Below, piece after piece: positions 44,333-56,457 of a DNA stretch of 64,000 bases (position 1 is the first letter of the stretch; each line of letters opens with the position of its first letter). The notes beneath the pieces are model-generated. The model made no database searches. It had not been told where the DNA came from and saw only the letters and a list, made by a program, of their open reading frames with translations. Both the position numbers and the translations under genes were made by a program. The stretch comes from Epithemia pelagica (lineage: Eukaryota > Protista > Bacillariophyta), in the NCBI GenBank assembly GCA_946965045.2, contig OX337239.1:868001-932000 (forward strand). Direction: 5' to 3'.

Positions 44333-44775
44333 TGCGTTTCTCTCTGGACCACTGCCACTGATGCGGTTTGTATCTTCACTGTTCTCTGGAGGTACGCGAT
44401 AGATGGAGAGAGAGAGATGACAACAACGACGAGAACCAAACTGTCAACACAGAGAGCCAAAAAGATCGGGAACCTGAGCAGTCGCTTAACGGTCGCTCTA
44501 AATGGGGTATCTTTTGTCACCAAAATCTTTTGTTCTCTGGTGTCGTTGGACGATCCCAAGTCTTTCATGGGAGGAAAACATCGAACAAAAACCAATCTCT
44601 CTTCTGTTTTGTTACTTTCTTGGTGTTTCGATTGAAGAAGTAAAAGAAAGAGGAGGAGCAAGAAGAAGAAAAAGAAGGGGCATTCAGTGAGAGGAAGAAA
44701 GCGGGAAGGGGACTACCTAGTGTGTTGACGAGGCTAGAAGATAGAAAAGTTTTTGCTGGTTACAGCAGAATCAGG

Positions 44776-47700
44776 ATGAATCGGCCCGGACCAAAGCAAT
44801 TCCTACTTGCACGGAGAAAAAGACAGAATCCCACGAGCTTTCTGTGTTTACACCATGTACATGGGTCGCACATGACGACTCCGTTCTCTTCGTCTGCTGT
44901 TTCTCCTCGTACAATCACAACCTTTGCCAATACACGAAGGACCATTCTCCTTTCATCCAAGCCTTCCATTCCGATCCTTCTTCACGGATCGTTGTTCTCA
45001 TCCAGATGCTCCTCACTCTTCGGAAAAGGATGGTGGTTCTCCAACCGGTCCTTGCCCCCACGGGTTTTGACGCAATGCCTTCACGGTTCGTTCTCCACCC
45101 ATCCGGAGCAGGAGCACTCCGCATCGTCCGCCGGCACCAGCAACAGTCAAGTGGAGAAAGCCACAAACTACCGCTCGACTCATAATACTAATGATTTTGT
45201 GCTCAACTGGATTCAGTTTTCCAAGGAATTAATTCAAGGAGCCCCTCACGCAACTGCCGACAACAATGACTTGCAAGAAACCCCACCACCATTACACATG
45301 GAATCATCATCCTTGGATTACCAGGATTGGAATCCTCAAGATTGGACACAAGCAACGGCGTTGTTGTCCGAGGTGAGACAATGTCTCGAACTGTTACCAG
45401 CACAGCAGCAGCAACAACATGCTGAATATGGGCCATCGGTGTCCACCATTTTGGAATTGGCCTTTGGCGTGTTGGATCGACAATGTGTCGAGTTGGAAAA
45501 GCTTCAAGATACCGAACGTCTAGAGCGGCTCCGTCAGTGGGAACCTGGCCTCATTCATTTACTTTTAATGGAATGGCGTAACTATTGCATGTCCTTCAAC
45601 AAAAAGACGACCGTATCATCCACAAACAGCAAGAGTGTCATTCGAGGACGAGGATCCAACGCAAAGCACAACAACAAGCTTTCTACAAAACTGTCTCCCC
45701 AGTCCATTTTCAACAGGGTACAAAACTATCATCATGTCGGCTTGCGTTGCACAGTACAGGATGGCAGGTCATCGACGGCCACCCCATACAATATCATTTT
45801 TCATGCTCTTGTGCAAGGCAAAGACGACCAGTCAGGAAGAAAAGCGCTTGTGGGAGAGGAACTTTTTGAACAAATGTTGTCCAAGGCACAACTGAATCCA
45901 GATTCTCATCCCCATCCGGATGAATTGACCGTACGAAACATGGTCGAGTTGTGGGCCTCTAAGGGACGGCTTCAGGACCGTCCCCCACCCCACGAACGCG
46001 CATTGGCTCATTTGCGACAGTTGCAACGATGGTGGAAGGAAGCGGAAAACCAAGCAGACAACTCAACTGGTTTGGTCCATCGCGAGTCCATGATGAAACC
46101 AACCTTATCCCTGTATTGTGCGATTATGGAAGCCTACAGTCGATATATATCGAGTCCGTCAGTGGCCTTTGATCACATTGAAGCCTTGTATCGGGAAATG
46201 AAGGAGTCCGACCACTTCGAACAACACGAATGGACTCCTGTGATTTATACACGAATATGCCATGCCTTGGCCAACTGTGATTCTCCAAGTGCCCCCGATG
46301 CCGCCCGTCGTGTCTTGAACCAAATGGTGGAATCGATTGTCCTACCACAATTGTATCAATCCTCGACAGACGACAATAATAAGACGGCTGGTCACCAGAG
46401 AGTCAGTACGTTCAAGACGGACACTTCTCGTCCTGGTCATCCACCCCTTCAACATGCCTTCTCGGCGGTCATCACGGCTTACGGTCGCGCAGAACGTGCC
46501 GACGATGCACAAGAGCTGTTTGATACGATGGTACGTTTATCACAACAACAGCAACAAGTACAAGGCAGAAAGTCAGCATCAATAAGTGATTTGGCTCCGG
46601 ACTTGATTTGTTGGAATTCGTTGATTTGGGCTCATGCCAGGGTAGGAAATTCAAGACAGGTGGAATCTTTGGTGGTCCGCATGGTCGAGGAGTCATTGGG
46701 TGATGAAATTGATCAAAACACATGGAATGGTCTCATTGTCTCGTTGGCGGAATCGTCCGATCCCAAAACTGCCTCGAGACAAATTGCCTTGATAATGGAG
46801 CGATTGCAGACACGGGAAAACAGAAATGATGATGGTGGTGTCAAACGATTGCCAATCTCAATGTACAAGACACTCATGAGTTGCTATGCTCGGTTCAAGA
46901 GCGATGAGGGCGCATCGAAGGCTCAAGAGCTTTTTGACTGGTTGCAAGAACATGAAGATCCTAAGTTACATCCCACAAGCGAAACTTATCTGAGCCTAAT
47001 ATTTGCCTACAAATATGCAGGCAATGCACAAAAAAGCGAAACTGCTCTCCGCGAATTATGTGACTTGGTGAAGCAACAACAAGAGCATAAGGGCGGTGAG
47101 GAAAGGATGTCGAAACTTTTCACCTTGGAGCCCGTATATTTCGATGTAGCCATGCAAGCATGGACGCAGATCAAAGGTCATCTGTATGAAAAGCCGCTGA
47201 CGATTGCTAAAAATGTCCAGAGGATCTTTGATTGGATGAAAGAAGTCGATGTGCTTCCCAACCTTGTAAATTACAATACGCTCTTGTGGGCATGGGCGCG
47301 GGCGTCATCATTTTCTGCCGCCCATCGTTTTTTTGTGAACAATGGAGAGGAAACACGGGAACTTGTGGTTGAACACTTGTTTCAACAAATGCAAGAGCAA
47401 TCCGATCATTCTCTCCAGCCGGATACACGTACCTACCATGCCGTGTTGTATGGACTCTTTCAATCTCCCTACCTTGACGCAATGTCTCGGGCAGAAGAGT
47501 TTTTTGACAACACGATTGGGGTGGAATACAAGAATTTTAAAATGTACGATATCTACATGGAAGGGTGGTCAAAGGTTGGTCGACCGGATAAGGTGGAAGC
47601 TGTCTTTCATGAAATGTTAGAAAAGAATAAGCAAGAACGAGAGAGGTTTAAACAGCAGCAAACCGAGCACGACGACGGAAAGCTTGATAGAAAGCTATCG

Positions 47701-48507
47701 TCGCATCGACATCAGGGACATCCAGAGCATCCGCCCTTTAGGCTGTACGTGACTCGATTGAAGGCATGGGCTCACGCTGGAAATCCTGAAATGACGACAC
47801 GGGTACTACATGACATGATAGAGGGTTACCAAAATGGTTGGTTGAATCATCCTCCGTCAATTGAGAGCTTTCATGCGGTTTTGCATGCGTGGCTGCAAGC
47901 TGATCGTCCCAATTCTGCTCCCACTGCCGAAGCAGGCTTGCAGCAACTACTTCAAGAGGGCCAGGAAGCAGTAGACGCAATTGTTCCCCTTCCTGATTCG
48001 CGCTGCTTCTTAACTGTCATTTCTGCGTACGCAAAGTCAAAGTTGAGGAATCGGGGAGAAAAGGCATGGATTCTCTTGCAAAAGCTCAAAGAATTAGAGG
48101 CAGAGCAAAGGACCAAAGAAACACCAGTGCCCGCCTTCAACAAAGATAGTGTACGTGACTCCTACCAAGTGCCGTCCTCAGCAAAACGGCAGTTGCAAGC
48201 TGACTTGCAAATTTATACCGAGGTGACTGTGGCACTGTTGCAATCCATGGCCCAGGAGCGTGCTCTTGGACACAACAAGTCCTCCAGCCATTGTCCAGAA
48301 GAACGAGTGAAGCAGATATTGGGGGAGCTTCGCGCAAAACCAAAAGAGTTTTGGTTAGTTCCACGAACAAACATGTTGATGAGAAAGATTCATGACGTTC
48401 TCATCGAAACTGACCGATTCCACAACTTGAGGTCTCACTGGCCTGATGTGGAATCTACATGGACACGAGCAAAGTTTGAAAGTCCAGGTCAACATCACCA
48501 GCGTTAA
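44776..48507 (+). CDS. Pentatricopeptide-repeat (PPR) protein, probably organellar
   Basis: Repeated PPR-like helices: FSAVITAYGRAERADDAQELFDTM, DLICWNSLIWAHARVGN, LVNYNTLLWAWAR, DTRTYHAVLYG, SIESFHAVLHAW. Ser/Arg-rich N-terminus; start uncertain (44776 or 44872). Confidence 0.9.
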   Translation: MNRPGPKQFLLARRKRQNPTSFLCLHHVHGSHMTTPFSSSAVSPRTITTFANTRRTILLSSKPSIPILLHGSLFSSRCSSLFGKGWWFSNRSLPPRVLTQCLHGSFSTHPEQEHSASSAGTSNSQVEKATNYRSTHNTNDFVLNWIQFSKELIQGAPHATADNNDLQETPPPLHMESSSLDYQDWNPQDWTQATALLSEVRQCLELLPAQQQQQHAEYGPSVSTILELAFGVLDRQCVELEKLQDTERLERLRQWEPGLIHLLLMEWRNYCMSFNKKTTVSSTNSKSVIRGRGSNAKHNNKLSTKLSPQSIFNRVQNYHHVGLRCTVQDGRSSTATPYNIIFHALVQGKDDQSGRKALVGEELFEQMLSKAQLNPDSHPHPDELTVRNMVELWASKGRLQDRPPPHERALAHLRQLQRWWKEAENQADNSTGLVHRESMMKPTLSLYCAIMEAYSRYISSPSVAFDHIEALYREMKESDHFEQHEWTPVIYTRICHALANCDSPSAPDAARRVLNQMVESIVLPQLYQSSTDDNNKTAGHQRVSTFKTDTSRPGHPPLQHAFSAVITAYGRAERADDAQELFDTMVRLSQQQQQVQGRKSASISDLAPDLICWNSLIWAHARVGNSRQVESLVVRMVEESLGDEIDQNTWNGLIVSLAESSDPKTASRQIALIMERLQTRENRNDDGGVKRLPISMYKTLMSCYARFKSDEGASKAQELFDWLQEHEDPKLHPTSETYLSLIFAYKYAGNAQKSETALRELCDLVKQQQEHKGGEERMSKLFTLEPVYFDVAMQAWTQIKGHLYEKPLTIAKNVQRIFDWMKEVDVLPNLVNYNTLLWAWARASSFSAAHRFFVNNGEETRELVVEHLFQQMQEQSDHSLQPDTRTYHAVLYGLFQSPYLDAMSRAEEFFDNTIGVEYKNFKMYDIYMEGWSKVGRPDKVEAVFHEMLEKNKQERERFKQQQTEHDDGKLDRKLSSHRHQGHPEHPPFRLYVTRLKAWAHAGNPEMTTRVLHDMIEGYQNGWLNHPPSIESFHAVLHAWLQADRPNSAPTAEAGLQQLLQEGQEAVDAIVPLPDSRCFLTVISAYAKSKLRNRGEKAWILLQKLKELEAEQRTKETPVPAFNKDSVRDSYQVPSSAKRQLQADLQIYTEVTVALLQSMAQERALGHNKSSSHCPEERVKQILGELRAKPKEFWLVPRTNMLMRKIHDVLIETDRFHNLRSHWPDVESTWTRAKFESPGQHHQR

Positions 48508-49119
48508 CAATAGCCGATGCATCCATGATGTCCATGATTTTGTCCTCTTATTGGTGAGCAATTGAATTCCTGGCAACACGATGCTACGAGTAGTTCTAGG
48601 TAGGCAACTCTATTACTTCCATTTCATGCGACCATGCAGTATTTTTGCGTCGGCGTCATGATGTTACTCCAAAAGACTCACTTTGATGGGGAGACTGGCT
48701 CGATATATGAGAACTGAAGGGGACACTGTTGACTCGGTAACTCATTCGACTTTCGAAAGATCTTGCGGGACAAAACTCTTTTGTACCGTGGGACTACAAA
48801 GTCAAGCGCGACCATAAGGCGAATACATAAAAAGAGTACGTGAATACCTTTCACGACTCAATTTCACGAATCCCCGTCAACATCAACAGCTTCCGATTGC
48901 ACACCTCTCAAATGCAATCCCCAAAAGCACACTGCCTTCGCAATTCACTGCTGGTTGTCCTTTCTCCTCGAAAAGGCCATAAAAGAAACACCGTTCACAT
49001 TCACACCGATCTATCGTTCTTTCCTTACAAACTCGATTTGAGCTTCAAAGAACCTCTCATCAACACTTGCTATACCCCATTGGTCCATCCCATTCGTTCC
49101 AAAACATCAGAAAATCATA

Positions 49120-49668
49120 ATGGGCATCTGCTGCAGTCAAATTCAACCCTACCACGCCACTCATGAATCCACAATTGTGTTCGACTCGGGCATTTGTTAT
49201 TGTGGAACGAATCCTCGTCGTGCCTCGGGCAAACCAGTGGCTTGTTCCCGAGAAGAATACGATGCCATTGCCGACAAGGCCTGCCATTTGGGAATGCAGC
49301 AGCGCATTTGTTGCGAAGCCAACTTTTGTGGCACGCCTTGCTGTGGACATGGTTGGCCTCTGGAAACGTATACACAGGAGTTACAAGGTTCTTATCCCCA
49401 CTTGGAAATAACGATTTACGACAGCTACGAGGGATGCGATGATCAAGGACACTGGGAGTTTGTCATATCCATTCGGAAACGAGCCCAAATCACCGGCTCC
49501 ACTACTACCACAGTCAGAGCGCCAACCACAAGTCGCATGGATCGTCAAGGAGGAGACCAATCTAAGGATTCTGTGATCGTTTCCAAGAGGGTCATTACGG
49601 AGACTGTTTATAACCCAGATGGATCCAAAACAGTGACCGAGACCGTTGAGGAAGTACCAACCAAGTAA
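49120..49668 (+). CDS. Small Cys-rich protein with predicted N-myristoylation/palmitoylation
   Basis: Starts MGICCS (MGxxxS plus adjacent Cys). Cys cluster ICCEANFCGTPCCG. C-terminal ETVYNPDGSKTVTET. Confidence 0.8.
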   Translation: MGICCSQIQPYHATHESTIVFDSGICYCGTNPRRASGKPVACSREEYDAIADKACHLGMQQRICCEANFCGTPCCGHGWPLETYTQELQGSYPHLEITIYDSYEGCDDQGHWEFVISIRKRAQITGSTTTTVRAPTTSRMDRQGGDQSKDSVIVSKRVITETVYNPDGSKTVTETVEEVPTK

Positions 49669-51827
49669 CGACCCAGAGAGTGCTATGACACATGGCCGTG
49701 TTACTATACTAATCATGAGTTTTTCCTTGTTCATATTCCATGTCTACCAAACACATGTTGTACAAATGGACACAGTCCTGTTGCGTCATTCTTCAGGGAT
49801 TCGCCGTAAACTTAGATCCTGCTCTTAGCTACCGGTAGTAACGATTTGAGACTCCTGTTCTTCAATCGCTCTCAACTATACCTGGTTCAGTGGAGTGTCG
49901 ATGAAGAAACATCACGAAACAAATAAAAAAGAGTCCCACCACCTGCTGAACAAGAAACTGCATCCATGTTTGATTGTTGAATACCGAAGCCCCTGCCCCC
50001 ATCCCAATTCTCCATTTGAAGAAATAACATAACATACTCCCATAGTGATCCTGCGTTCGTGATTCCCATGACACTGCACACAATTCTGTTTTTGTGAGAG
50101 TTGTGCGTTCTCTTCCATATATAACATCAAGCCTTCCTTCTTGGACACTCGCTTCCTTCCATGCAAAGCCAGAGACGCGCTTCCTTCAGTACAGCTGGGC
50201 GTTCTGGTGACTTTTCTTGCTTAGATCTCCTTGCAGTTTGTCTTGGATCTCTTTTTAAAATAAACGACACCGTTATTGATTCAATAACCATTGTTCTTCG
50301 AAATCCCTCGATATAGCCTTTGTTCCGTCAGGATCGACTGTGACTGTCGAATACAACCGTAATGGTGACAGCTGCAATAGACCAGTATCTAGCCATAGTT
50401 TGCCTCGTCGTAGTGTGATAGCAACACTAATGAACAATCGGCAAACCATCTCCTGCTTTTTGTGTAACGAACTTTGACCCCAAACAATTTCTTTGATAGG
50501 TTTGATTCATGCCCCTTTTTCAGTTGAGACTCAAAAATGGCGAGGACCGATTCGACCGATTCGCATCCCATGGTGATGGTGGCCGGGTCGTCTGGTGGGT
50601 CGTATCAGGTCGCTTTTTTGGCCCAACACATTTCCCTTGAAAATCTGAAATGACACTTCGTCGTACGGCGTGCAGACAAGTCAAGTATTGAAAGTTTGCG
50701 CGCCCATTTATTGAGTATATCCCGAAAGAGTAGATGTTGGAAGAGAGTTCCGAATACTCGCCGGCCGTGCTGGCGATTTTCCGAGTATGTCGGATGCTCG
50801 GAAGGTTATTTAGGCAAAAGATCGGGTAGCAGTCGTAGGGGTTTATTCAGGGGTTTATTCGGAATAAAGATGAAAGAAATGAGTATCAGTATAGGTAAAA
50901 GTGTATCAGTCCCGGGCTGATTCCCTCCAATCATGGCTCGCCAATAGATATGGAGATATAGGCGTGTCGGCGAACAAGCCACGAAAAATGATGCGCTCGC
51001 TCTCATCCATTAACTAAATTAATAAGGGGCAATAGTTCAGACTCCACTGCGATAGTGTGTGTCGTGTGGGGTGCCGTCCGATTTTTTTGGTTCTCCTCTT
51101 CGGTGTGTCTTGTGTAGCAGAAAGGAAGACAAAAAGTAGAGCACTCTATGCGATTTTTGTGACGCAAGAGGAGAGCGTCTCCATTCGTTTTCCTTGCAAC
51201 TCTTCCGTCTCTACTTGGGGATCGGCCCGCGAGAGTGTCCCTCGTGCTCTCGTTTTGCTTGTTGTTGGAAACTCCATCATAAACACCTTGTTTTGTTTAC
51301 TCCGCTTGTAACCTTACTCCTCCTATTCTCATCGTTCGAGTGCAGAAGAGTGGCCTCTCTTGTGGGATGCCTTTACAAGAGATTGCTGGGTAACAGAGCG
51401 GCGTACCATCACAACAACGTTTACGACCATCCGCACGGCATAACGAATCAACCGAACAAGGATATCCGCTCTTGACGTTCGCGCCTCATTAGTCGACTCT
51501 GTTCGGTTCCATCACAAGCGAACAACGTGGCGATTTCTTGCTTTGTGACTCCCGAAAAAGCAATAAGGTTCGATTTGAACGCTGGTCCAATCGGTTGGAG
51601 GATCGCGGCCTTTGGAACCCCCTCATTGATCTGAACGGCTAGTCTTTGGCCTTCCAATCAACCTTCCCAAGAGAGGCGAAGATACATTTTTGTCAGCACC
51701 TTGTGCTCATCTTTGCTGAATCTTCTGTGTGCTGTTCAAGGAAAGTTTGTGTTTCTCATTCTCCTTGGACAAGGATATCGCCCATTCCTTTTTCCCTACC
51801 CAGGGAAAGCTTTCTAGTTGTTACCCA

Positions 51828-54800
51828 TGATGCGTGTGACGACCCGTTGGCAGCCACAAAAGCAAGAAGAGGAAGTGAGCACGAGCACCACCCAGTCTCC
51901 TACCATGAGCGGTAGTAGCACTAGTTTCACGACATCGGCAGCTGCCGCAGCCTTGAAAAAGTTTCGACGACCTCCGGCGCTCTCCATGCCTTCGCCCAGC
52001 AATCAGAGTCACACCTCATCTTACATTCACAATCATGTCAACAATAGCTACAACCACAACAACAACAACAATGGTCCACTGTCCACGTCGTCACAGCCGC
52101 ACTATTCTTCCTATACAGCAAGTACAAGAACATCTTCTTCAACGCCCCCGTTCGGAGCGGCCTCCTCTTCGGTGCCCTCTTCATATAGTGCTAGATCGGC
52201 TGCCCCTCGCTATCAACAAAACAATCACTATACCTCCTCGTCTTCTTCCTCATCTCCTCCCATGACGACGGTTCCGAGTCATAGTCCTACAGGTGGCAGT
52301 AGTACGGCCAGTACCAAACAGCAGGTTGCACAAGAAAATTATACGCACGTATGGGTATTGCCACCGACCGTCAAGAAACCTGTGCGCATCTCGTCGACTT
52401 CCTCTACCGTCAGCAATAGCAACCATGGAAAACCTGGGTTTGGTTCTTTCCACAGTAGCAGCGGTATCGAAGACGACCCATCCAGACAGCAACAACAGAA
52501 AAATCGTCATGGAGGAAGAAATCCCTGGGGATGGAAAAAGGGGCTCATGGTGGAACAAACCAAGGAACAGTTGGTGGTACAATTACTTGAAGAAGAGCAA
52601 GAACAAGACAATGAGCCAGATGCATATCCATATCGTCAGGGACGAAAAAACCGCACCGAGACAACGCCTACCGTCCTCACTTTTGATGCGAAGGCCTTGG
52701 GCGAATCCGTCTTGCTAACCAATGAATTTGATGTAGATCCTGAGACGGGAAATATACTGCCTCCGGATGATCTCATTACATTGACTCATTTAAATGAACC
52801 CGCTGTTCTTGAGTCGTTGTTGGCAAGGTATCAACGCGATATCATTTATACCAACACTGGTGCTGTCTTGTTGGCCTTGAATCCCTTTCAAAGTGTTCGA
52901 GGCTTGTACGGTGAAGCGGCCATGAAATCGCACTGGCAAGCAGCCGAGCTAGGACATTACAGTCCACCACACGTTTATGGCATTGCCGATGCGGCCTTTC
53001 GGTCCATGCGGCGTCAACTTGAAGAAGGAAAACGCGGTCGTGCACATCAATCCATTCTGGTATCGGGTGAGTCAGGTGCAGGCAAGACGGTGACCACCAA
53101 GTTTGTCATGAAATATCTGGCCGCCCTCTCGCAACGATCTACAATAAAGGAACCACAAGAACGAGCCTACCGCAAAGCAGCGGCCATTCGAAGTACCGGT
53201 GCCGTTTCCCCTCGTCCCTCCTCTTCTCATGACGACAATTTGACCTCCTTGACACTTTTGTCAGGATCCACTTCCATTGAAGGTCAAGTCTTGCAATCCA
53301 ATCCTATTTTGGAATCTTTTGGCAATGCTCGAACCGTCCGCAACGACAATAGTAGTCGATTTGGCAAGTTTATCGAGATCCAATTTTCGGAAACTGGAAA
53401 ATTGGTAGGTGCCAGTATTGAAACCTATTTGCTGGAAAAGGTGCGACTGGTGCATCAGTCACCAGGAGAACGAAACTATCACATTTTCTATGAACTCTTG
53501 GCGGGTGGTATGGATGCCCGACAGTTGTCTCATTATTTCATTGCTCGAACGGCGCATCCTGAAGATTTCAAGTTGACTGCCTCGGGGACGTATGATCGTC
53601 GTGATGGTGTCACGGACCAAGAAACCTACAAGGCTTTGCGACACGCCTGTGTGGCCATGAAGTTTTCCAATGAAGATTTACATGCCGTGTTCTGTGTCAC
53701 GGCTGCCCTGCTCCATGCATCGAACATCACCTTGATGTGCGAAGAAGATGACGAAGGCGAACAATGCTTTCTGGATCACGATAATGTGCATTTAACGCCG
53801 GTTTGTCAGTTATTAGGCATCACGGTGGAAGATCTGGAATTGGCGCTCTGTCAACAAACCTTGACGGTGGGACGCAACCAAACGGTTACGAAACGGCTAA
53901 CATTGGAAAAGGCCATCAAGGGATTGGAAGCGCTTCTCAAGGCTGTCTATGGTGCATTGTTCCAATATCTGGTCCGCCGTGTCAATGGTTCAATAGCCTA
54001 TAAGGAATCCGAACAAGAACCACCAGTGGCTTCGGTTCGGGTGTTGGACATCTTTGGTTTTGAATCTTTTCACATCAATTCCTTTGAACAGTTGTGCATC
54101 AATTACTGCAATGAAACTCTTCAGCAGCAGTTCAATGCCTTTGTTCTCAAAAACGAGCAGGCCGAATACGAACGTGAAGGCATTGAATGGTCTTTTATTG
54201 CCTTCGAAGAAAATCAAGACGTGTTGGATTTGATTGAAAAGCGTGGGCATGGCCTTTTAAGTTTGTTGGACGACCAATGTAGAGCACCGGGACCATCCGA
54301 TAAGGCCTTTTTCATGCAAGTGTTCAAGAAATGCACCGGATTGGAGCGATTGTCCATTTCTCGCCAACAGGAGGCCAATCAGCAATTTGCCATTCAGCAT
54401 TACGCTGGACTGGTTGAGTACACGACCTATGGGTTTGTGGAGAAAAATCGGGATGAACTCAGCAAGGAAGGAACCGAATTGGTCAAGAACTCTTCGAGTC
54501 CGTTTGTCCAAGAGTTGGCTCGTATTATGGAAGAATCGACGGAGGAGCCGTGCGCTCCAGGATCAAGTTCACCAACAATGACACCTCGGACCTTGCGTCG
54601 ATCTGATTCCTCTGTGGGTCGCGCGACGGTAGGAGGCCAATTTCGAAGGCAATTGCGTCACTTGCGCACTAAGATTGACGAAACCACCCCTCACTACATT
54701 CGATGTCTGAAGCCCAATGATTTGTTGGTTCCAGAACACTTTGATACTTCAGTCGTCGCTGAACAACTGAGATGCGGTGGAATTCTGGAAGCGGTCCGTG

Positions 54801-55963
54801 TGGCTCGAGCCGGCTTTACCCAGCACTATGCTCATGCTGATTTTGTACACCGTTATCGAACCCTGGCATGGAAAGAATTGGCGAAAAAGGAAGTCAGGCA
54901 TCAACAACAACAGCAGCAATCGACGACCCCTTCATATCTCAAGTCTCGAACCGGAGCTTTTCGTGCTGCATCGCCGAATTCCTTCTCTTCCAATACTCAA
55001 AACAGTGCATTCCGAGCAACCTCTCCCACGGGATTCTCCCCAAGTGGTGTGAATACTGCTCCGGCCAGTCGAAAGAGCTCCAATGGGACAATTCAAGCGT
55101 CGTCGAGCTTCGGAGGAGATCCCAAGACGCAATGCAATGATTTGATTCGAATTTTGTACCGAAAAATACAAGAGCAAGAGAATGAAGACCAGGCGGCAGG
55201 TGGTGATTATGATGTGGATAACGTTGGATCCATTGATTCGTGGGATGACAGTCCTGCGAAGGCCAAGTCATATGCGTACAAACCCGCACCTCGTCCATCT
55301 TGGACCAAATCCCCATTCAACCGCGAAAGCACGACCCCACGGCCGTCTGTGGCAAACACGAAGAGCCCCGCGTCTTCGACCCCAACAGCAAATTGGAAAC
55401 GAGGTGGTCCTTCATCGTCCGACTTTGCCAAGGTAGGGATTCAAATGGGTAAGACGAAGGTCTTTCTACGACACAAGGCGTTTGAAATACTGGAACGCAT
55501 GCGAAGTCGCTTGCGGACAAAGGCAGCGACACAGCTCAACAGCATCTTTCGTATGTACTTGGCCAGAAGTGCCTACATTCCGTATCGTGACGCCTTCCGA
55601 AGAGAAATGAGAGAAAAACAGATGATGTTTGAGAGAGCAAATGAATTTAAGGAGTCCAAGGAAAGCGATGAAGGTGACCATGAAGGACATGGATATCCTT
55701 CGGACAATAGTTATAACCGCGGCAGCGTCCGAGGTGGCGATGGCGAGCCGCCTCATTTTTACAATCCATCGCGATTGGCGGCCATGTTTGGTGGCATGGC
55801 GAACATCAATTCAGAATCGTTGGTGGACAAATGGGTCGAGTCGCAAGTGCGCAATGCTATTCATAACCCTGTTCCAAGACATGAATGGGGTAAGGCAGCT
55901 CCCTCCAATGGATCATTCAAATGGGTCCTTTCTGATGGACTTTGGATCCGGAGCGCCATTTAG
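51828..55963 (+). CDS. Unconventional myosin heavy chain (motor, one IQ-like motif, short tail), intronless
   Basis: P-loop GESGAGKT, switch I NARTVRNDNSSRFGK, switch II LDIFGFE, relay EQLCINYCNETLQQ, YIRCLKPN, QLRCGGILE, GKTKVFL. IQ-like ATQLNSIFRMYLARSAY. ATG at 51828. Confidence 0.97.
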
Positions 55964-56457
55964 CTATGATCTCTTGTAACACAAGAGCTTTGGGTTGCTG
56001 TATCAAGGTTACTTTCTTTCACTGCTACAACGTTGTGCTACAGAATCTGAATCCGATACAGTACCTAGCAGGCATAAGACCCACACCAAAAGCATCAACA
56101 CAATTCATGAATCCCAGAACATTAATATAGATCGAAAATCTCGCGAGAAACAAACAGTCTTTAGTGTAGTTATTCGGACATTCTTTGAGCATCCTGGTTT
56201 AGTGAGACTTGCGCTGATGCTCACCGTCCAACTGGGATTCTTGTTGTTCTTGGAGGTACGACGAGTATACGGGAAGGTAATGTAAAAATATGTTAAATTG
56301 CAACGTTCTACTTTATATTTTAACCAGAAACAAAAGATTGATTGTCATAGCTGGTCGTGTGTTACACACGATTTTCTGCAACTGGTGTTTGTTTGAGCTG
56401 AGTCGTTTTCGTCTTTTGGGTGAGTACTACAAGCCTGCTGTTCTTTTTTCATTACGA

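Noticed and set aside
50698-51030. AT-shifted segment with weak inverted ends (gcccatttatt / aataaggggc) and small ccgagtat/atactcg hairpins; possible second MITE
   Set aside because: The inverted match is short and gapped and there is no target-site duplication.
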